Assembly (NCBI RefSeq): GCF_002310835.1
Contig: NZ_CP011041.1
Location: 1,890,001 to 1,922,000 of the forward strand
DNA: 32,000 nt
Direction of reading: 5' to 3'
DNA from: Pseudoalteromonas tetraodonis
GTDB lineage: Bacteria; Pseudomonadota; Gammaproteobacteria; Enterobacterales; Alteromonadaceae
Of the stretch, positions 26,936 to 32,000 are shown in pieces (position 1 is the first letter of the stretch; each line of letters starts with the position of its first letter). The notes beneath the pieces are model-generated. The model was not told where the DNA came from and did no database searches. It worked only from the letters and a program-made list of their open reading frames with translations. Both the position numbers and the translations under genes were made by a program.

Positions 26936-29491
26936 ATGCAACTAAAACAGCTATTTACAGCAAAAAAAACCATTACACTCAGTGTTGCCGCTGCACTACT
27001 TGGCTCGTGGTCGGTAAATGCCGCACAGCAAGAAACACAAGCAGAAGAAAATATTGAACAAATTAGTGTAATTGGCTCTCGCCGACTCGGCCGCACAGTT
27101 GAAGACAGCCCAGTTCCGATTGATATCATTAGCGGTGATGCCCTAAAAAGTTCAGGGCAAACTGAAACCAATGCACTACTGAGCACTTTATTACCAAGCT
27201 TTAATTTCCCTCAGCCATCAATCACCGATGGCAGCGACCATGTGCGCCCCGCTCAACTGCGTGGCTTAGCACCTGATCACACCTTAGTGCTCGTAAATGG
27301 TAAACGTCGCCATAGTAATGCACTGCTTAATTTAAATGGTTCAACCGGTCGTGGGTCATCATCGGTTGATTTAAACGCTATTCCAGCCAATGCCATTGAG
27401 CGAATAGAAGTATTGCGCGATGGTGCCGCTGCGCAATATGGCTCAGACGCCATTGCCGGTGTGATTAATATTGTCCTTAAAAGTAATAGCAGTGGCGGCA
27501 GCCTAGGTGCTGTATATGGAGCAAACATCACCGAAATGCAGGGTGTGCCTCAACTAGAATCCGTTTCTGAAGATGCCAATGGCAACTTAGCCTTTAATGA
27601 AGGCAGCGACCGTTCGCTTACCGACGGCCACACCTTAACCCTGCAAGGTAATATGGGGTTTGAATTGGGCGATAACGGCTTTTTAAGTATTTCTACTGAA
27701 TATCGCGACCGTAGCTCAACGAATCGCTCTGATTATGACCAGCGCGAAAATTACGCCCGCCTACCTGATGGCTCTCTTGATCCGCGTGAGTTCACATGGG
27801 ATCGTTACAATCATAACTTTGGTAATGGCACCGTTGAAGACTTCGCGCTGTTTTATAATGCCGGTTATCAGTTAACTAACGATGCCGAGCTTTACTCGTT
27901 TGGCTCTTACAGCAAGCGTGAAGGCGAAGGCGGTGGTTTTTATCGTCGCGCACAAGACAGCCGTAACGTAACAGATATTTATCCTGATGGCTTTTTACCG
28001 GTGATCACCTCAGATATTGACGATTTTTCATTAGCACTTGGCGTAAAAGGTTTTGCTAATGAATGGAATTACGACGCTTCTGCTGTATACGGCCAAGATG
28101 CCTTTAACTTTGGTGTTATTGATAGCTTAAACACCTCATATGGACCTAGCAGTCAAACCAGTTTTGATGCCGGTACACTTACCTACGATCAGCTGACTAT
28201 TAATCTTGATTTTAGCCGCGAGATTGATGCAGACTTTTTAGCTAGCGGAATTAACGTCGCAGTGGGCGCTGAGTATCGTCGTGAAGGCTACGAAATTCAG
28301 GCAGGCGAAGAAGCCTCATACGCACAAGGCACTTTTGGCCCTGGTGGCGCAGTAACCGACCCAGTTAATGGCCCATTTGGCTCTGCAGGTTCGCAAGTAT
28401 TCCCAGGTTTCACACCTGAGTCTGCGGGTGATAACAGCCGCCATAATGTTAGCCTTTACATTGATTTAGAAGCCTTTATTACAGATAACTGGAACGTTGC
28501 CGTCGCTGCGCGTTACGAAGACTACTCTGATTTTGGCGATACGCTTAATGGTAAAATTGCCACACGTTATACGCTAACAGAAGATTTAGCATTACGCGGC
28601 TCTGTATCAACCGGCTTTAGAGCGCCCTCTCTGCAACAGCAATATTTTACTTCAGTGGCCACCGTGTTTGTTGATGGTATTCCAACACAAACAGGGACGT
28701 TTGCCCCAAGTAGTGATGTAGCCGTTGCATTGGGATCACCGGGCTTAGATGCAGAAGAAGCCACCAACTACGGGGTAGGTTTTACCTGGTCAACCGACTT
28801 TAATTTCAGCTTATCTGTGGATTATTACCAAATATTAATTGATGACCGTATTGTGTTATCAAATAACCTGTCGGGTGCAGGTGTAGCAAGCTTACTTGAG
28901 GGCACTGGAGCTAACCAAGGGCGGTTTTTCTTAAACGCGATTGATAGCAAAACCCGTGGCGTTGATGTGGTTGCCTCTTACAACCTAATGACCGATAACT
29001 ACGGTGATGTAGCATTTAATTTAGGCTATAACTACGGCAAAAACGAAGTGACTAATATTATTGCCCCACCCGCTGAGCTACAAAGCGTAGGTGTTGAACA
29101 AGATAATTTGTTCTCGGGTAATGAACTGCGTCGTTTTGAAGTAAGTACCCCGCGTAACAAATACAACCTAAGCGCTACATGGACACTAAACGAATGGCGT
29201 ACCACACTTCGCAGCACTCGCTATGGTGAAACACAAGACCCATCAGAAATTCCAGAGCGTAACGAAGTGCTCAAGCCAAAGTGGATCACCGACTTAGATG
29301 TTGCTTATGCACTTAATAACAACATTACTCTGAGCTTAGGCGCGAATAATGTGTTTGATGTATACCCAGATCCAACTCGGGATTTAGTGAGCGATGTAAC
29401 CACTTTCTCTCGTTTGTTCTCTTACTCGGGCTTTTCGCCATTTGGTTTTAATGGCCGCTATGTTTACGGCAAAGTTGAAATGAAATTTTAA
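26936..29491 (+). CDS. TonB-dependent outer-membrane receptor
   Basis: The 851-aa ORF has a signal peptide (…SVNA|AQQ), plug motifs (IEQISVIGSR, LRGLAPDHTLVLVNGKR, IERIEVLRDGAAAQYGSDAIAGVINIVLK), a beta-barrel repeat character and a C-terminal aromatic F. Confidence 0.9.
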   Translation: MQLKQLFTAKKTITLSVAAALLGSWSVNAAQQETQAEENIEQISVIGSRRLGRTVEDSPVPIDIISGDALKSSGQTETNALLSTLLPSFNFPQPSITDGSDHVRPAQLRGLAPDHTLVLVNGKRRHSNALLNLNGSTGRGSSSVDLNAIPANAIERIEVLRDGAAAQYGSDAIAGVINIVLKSNSSGGSLGAVYGANITEMQGVPQLESVSEDANGNLAFNEGSDRSLTDGHTLTLQGNMGFELGDNGFLSISTEYRDRSSTNRSDYDQRENYARLPDGSLDPREFTWDRYNHNFGNGTVEDFALFYNAGYQLTNDAELYSFGSYSKREGEGGGFYRRAQDSRNVTDIYPDGFLPVITSDIDDFSLALGVKGFANEWNYDASAVYGQDAFNFGVIDSLNTSYGPSSQTSFDAGTLTYDQLTINLDFSREIDADFLASGINVAVGAEYRREGYEIQAGEEASYAQGTFGPGGAVTDPVNGPFGSAGSQVFPGFTPESAGDNSRHNVSLYIDLEAFITDNWNVAVAARYEDYSDFGDTLNGKIATRYTLTEDLALRGSVSTGFRAPSLQQQYFTSVATVFVDGIPTQTGTFAPSSDVAVALGSPGLDAEEATNYGVGFTWSTDFNFSLSVDYYQILIDDRIVLSNNLSGAGVASLLEGTGANQGRFFLNAIDSKTRGVDVVASYNLMTDNYGDVAFNLGYNYGKNEVTNIIAPPAELQSVGVEQDNLFSGNELRRFEVSTPRNKYNLSATWTLNEWRTTLRSTRYGETQDPSEIPERNEVLKPKWITDLDVAYALNNNITLSLGANNVFDVYPDPTRDLVSDVTTFSRLFSYSGFSPFGFNGRYVYGKVEMKF

Positions 29492-29505
29492 GCTGCAGCT
29501 AAAAA

Positions 29506-29537
29506 CAAAAAGCCACACTATTTAGTGTGGCTTTTTA
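29506..29537. terminator. Bidirectional intrinsic terminator
   Basis: AAAAAGCCACACTA-TT-TAGTGTGGCTTTTT lies between convergent genes. Confidence 0.65.
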
Positions 29538-29553
29538 ATGAATTTGAACCCGA

Positions 29554-30549
29554 TTAGATTTTAGTTAACCAACCGTGTGTATCTTCACTTTTACCCCATT
29601 GAATATCGTTCAATGCTTGGCGTAAACGTGCTGTTGTTGGTCCTGGTTCACCATTACCCACTTTGTATTCTTTATCGTTATGGATAAACGTACCTACTGG
29701 TGTTAATACTGCTGCAGTGCCTGAAAGTGCTGCTTCAGTGCCTGGTTTTGCTGCACGCTCTAAAAGCTCAGTTACGGTAAAGTTACGCTCGCTTACCGTC
29801 ATTCCTAAATCTTTCGCAATGGTTAAAATACTATTACGAGTAACACCATGTAAAAAGGTGCTGTCGAGTGCTTTAGTAATGATTTCGTTGCCATCAATTA
29901 ATATGAAGTTGGCCGCGCCGGTTTCTTGCACATCGCCACCTGGGCAAAATAAAATTTGGTCGGCTTTATATTTAGTGCGCGCTGCTGATATTGGGCCAAG
30001 CGCGCTAGCATAGTTACCACCGCTTTTAATCATACCCATATGCGGGGCACAGCGCATGCCGTCTTCTTCTAATAAAACACGTAACGCGGTAGCACCACCT
30101 GAAAAGTAGTCACCCACTGGCGATAATAACGTATAAAGCAATGAGCTCATTGAAGGCGCAGCCGCTTTGCCAATGGCAGCTTCAGTACCAATGTGGGTTG
30201 GGCGAATATACATAGAACCAGGAGGAAGCGGCGTTTCATCGGCGTATTCACGAACAATATCGATGATCATTGTTTTTAGCATCTCGCCATCAACCGCTGG
30301 TAAACTTAATAATTCAGAACTTTGCTGCATACGCGCAATATTTGCATCCATTCTAAAAATATTTACCGAACCATCTTCATGGCGAAAGGCTTTTAAACCT
30401 TCAAAACATGTACTTGAATAATGAAGAACGTGTGCACCTGCATGCAACTCAAGCTTATCGCAAGGAACAATTGAGCTTTCGCCCCACTGATTGTCAGAAA
30501 ACTTAGCTTGAATCATCTGCGGCATAAACACAGTACCAAATGCGGCCAT
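29554..30549 (-). CDS. Branched-chain amino acid aminotransferase (class IV PLP enzyme)
   Basis: The 331-aa ORF has LHYSSTCFEGLKAFR, YIRP, the GGNYA.. block and GVTR.S, as in type-IV aminotransferases. Confidence 0.85.
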   Translation of the reverse strand: MAAFGTVFMPQMIQAKFSDNQWGESSIVPCDKLELHAGAHVLHYSSTCFEGLKAFRHEDGSVNIFRMDANIARMQQSSELLSLPAVDGEMLKTMIIDIVREYADETPLPPGSMYIRPTHIGTEAAIGKAAAPSMSSLLYTLLSPVGDYFSGGATALRVLLEEDGMRCAPHMGMIKSGGNYASALGPISAARTKYKADQILFCPGGDVQETGAANFILIDGNEIITKALDSTFLHGVTRNSILTIAKDLGMTVSERNFTVTELLERAAKPGTEAALSGTAAVLTPVGTFIHNDKEYKVGNGEPGPTTARLRQALNDIQWGKSEDTHGWLTKI

Positions 30550-30780
30550 TTTTATTCTCTCTTGTGTGGTCTATTTTTCTCCATTGTATGACAACCCGCT
30601 ACTATTTAACCATAGCAAAACAGGCTGTTTTTAAATTAATTAGACGAATTTTTTGCATGTACTGATGATTATTTAATCAAAAAAGCACTTGCTAACTCTT
30701 TAATGCAATAATCAGCTAACAATTTAAGGCTAGCTGATTATTTAATGCATACATTATAGTAGCGGCTATTTTATTAACCT

Positions 30781-31833
30781 CTATTTAAATGAATAACGAA
30801 ATATACGTTTTAACACCGAGGTATATTGGTGAAAAAAACCGCCGGTGTTGTATGCAATGCCCTGCTTTTGTAAAGCAGCTTGCACTTGTGGTGCTATTTC
30901 TTGGTAGCGTGACGATGGCATATCAGGAAATAAGTGGTGTTCAATTTGAAAACTTAAATGCCCCGTTAAAATATGAAACCAACGCGCCCCTTTAATGTTT
31001 GACGACCCAAGCGCTTGGCGATAATACCACTGACCCTGGCTTTCGTTTTCACAATCTTGCTCGTAAAAGGTATGCGTTTGCTCGGTAAAATGGCCACAAA
31101 AAATAATGGTTGATGTCCATAAATTACGAATTAGGTTCGCCAATAAGTTACCGCTTAGCACCCATAAAAACAGAGGCCCCGCTAAAAGTGGAAACAGCAC
31201 ATAGTCTTTAATTAATTGGCGCGCCCCTTTACTAAAAAAGCGTTTTTTTAACGTACTATGCGCTACAGCCCCTTTGCGGTTTGGCTTCTTTTTACCTATA
31301 AACACACGCTCACCCGCCAGCTCATGGTACGACACGCCCCACTGAAATAGCACACTTAAATTTAAATAGGTAATAAACTGCCAAGTATTTTTTAAACGCC
31401 ATTTAAAGTCATTACTTAATCTTAATAAGCCATAACCAAAATCGCGGTCTTTGCCAATAATATTAGTGTAAGTATGGTGCTCAAAATTGTGTACTCGGTT
31501 CCAACTTTGGCCGTCGCAGGCTATATCCCACTCGTATGTTTTTGAATTAAGCTGTTTGTCGTTCATCCAATCGTATTGACCATGCATTACATTGTGGCCA
31601 ATTTCCATGTTGTCGAGAATTTTAGCCAAAGCCAGTAACAACACACCCGCCACCCACAATAAAGGCTGTACAAAACCAAGCATTAATAAAATGCGCCCAC
31701 CTATTTCGCACAGTCGCTGCTTGCGGACAATAGAGCGTATATAATTAGCATCCTTTTGCCCTACTTTGGCAAACGTCGACATTTTTATGCCATCTAAATC
31801 TTCGGCTAATTGTTGATAATTTATGGTTGTCAT
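30781..31833 (-). CDS. Membrane fatty-acid desaturase (acyl-CoA/DesB-like)
   Basis: The 350-aa ORF has three His boxes: HNVMHG, HNFEHH and QIEHHLFP. Confidence 0.85.
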   Translation of the reverse strand: MTTINYQQLAEDLDGIKMSTFAKVGQKDANYIRSIVRKQRLCEIGGRILLMLGFVQPLLWVAGVLLLALAKILDNMEIGHNVMHGQYDWMNDKQLNSKTYEWDIACDGQSWNRVHNFEHHTYTNIIGKDRDFGYGLLRLSNDFKWRLKNTWQFITYLNLSVLFQWGVSYHELAGERVFIGKKKPNRKGAVAHSTLKKRFFSKGARQLIKDYVLFPLLAGPLFLWVLSGNLLANLIRNLWTSTIIFCGHFTEQTHTFYEQDCENESQGQWYYRQALGSSNIKGARWFHILTGHLSFQIEHHLFPDMPSSRYQEIAPQVQAALQKQGIAYNTGGFFHQYTSVLKRIFRYSFK

Positions 31834-32000
31834 AGCTGTAACTCCAAATCACTGACCGCTTGGCTAACACACAGTTGAATTAACTGCTCGCCGTTATCTG
31901 ATAACTCACCGGTTTTTAAATTGCGCACCACGCCCGTTTTTTTAATGCACTGGCATTGATGACAAATACCAATCCCACACCCTCGCTGCACAGGTAGTTT
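31830..32000 (-). CDS. Ferredoxin-reductase-type oxidoreductase, C-terminal 2Fe-2S domain fragment (the rest is off the window)
   Basis: Reverse translation gives ...GCGIGICHQCQCIKKTGVVRNLKTGELSDNGEQLIQLCVSQAVSDLELQL*, a Cys cluster typical of plant-type [2Fe-2S] domains fused to FNR-like reductases. Its stop overlaps the desaturase ATG (ATGA). Confidence 0.7.
   Translation of the reverse strand, partial: KLPVQRGCGIGICHQCQCIKKTGVVRNLKTGELSDNGEQLIQLCVSQAVSDLELQL

Noticed and set aside
7569-31000. Other overlapping ORFs: 7569-7889, 11420-11608, 12086-12316, 12941-13129, 13273-13464, 13557-13823, 15884-16105, 17656-17892, 18112-18525, 18541-18741, 18833-19129, 19259-19471, 20628-20810, 21235-21441, 22208-22534, 24120-24332, 24614-25900 set, 26902-27186, 27277-27531, 28567-28767, 29032-29217, 29663-30421 set, 30789-30995
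   Set aside because: All are antisense to, or frame-shifted within, well-supported genes, and their translations are low-complexity. I treat them as spurious.
1-32000. CRISPR arrays, tRNA/rRNA genes, IS elements, prophage or known defence-system genes
   Set aside because: I saw no regularly spaced direct repeats, no cloverleaf-like or rRNA-like segments, and no transposase, integrase or phage-like ORFs anywhere in the six-frame track.

Overview
Most of this window is core genome from a marine gammaproteobacterium. Protein similarity and synteny suggest Alteromonadales or Pseudoalteromonas, but that is inference only. Contents in order: a divergent trpH fragment; a complete trp operon (trpE-G-D-CF-B-A) preceded by two tandem Trp-codon leader peptide/terminator units; a DJ-1/PfpI gene; HU; a CPBP protease; an NSS transporter; yciI; a tightly coupled PepSY-PhoP-PhoQ-DUF1311-like operon; and a VOC gene. 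Next comes a roughly 2 kb strongly AT-rich islet (about 14430-16510) with small same-strand ORFs and many short inverted repeats. One islet ORF, VOC-like, is bracketed exactly by a perfect 12-bp inverted repeat that resembles integron core sites. After the islet: an amine-oxidase-like flavoprotein, an AI-2E transporter, a YfcH-like epimerase, a GGDEF cyclase, a Bax plus secreted-protein pair, a dGTPase-like HD protein, a prolyl oligopeptidase lipoprotein, a DUF962 protein, a TonB-dependent receptor, a branched-chain aminotransferase, and a translationally coupled reductase-desaturase pair. I found no rRNA, tRNA, CRISPR array, transposase, integrase or recognisable multi-gene defence system. 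The two observations most worth follow-up are the tandem trp attenuators and the cassette-like AT-rich islet. Neither is proven, and I see no clear-cut novel multi-gene system here.
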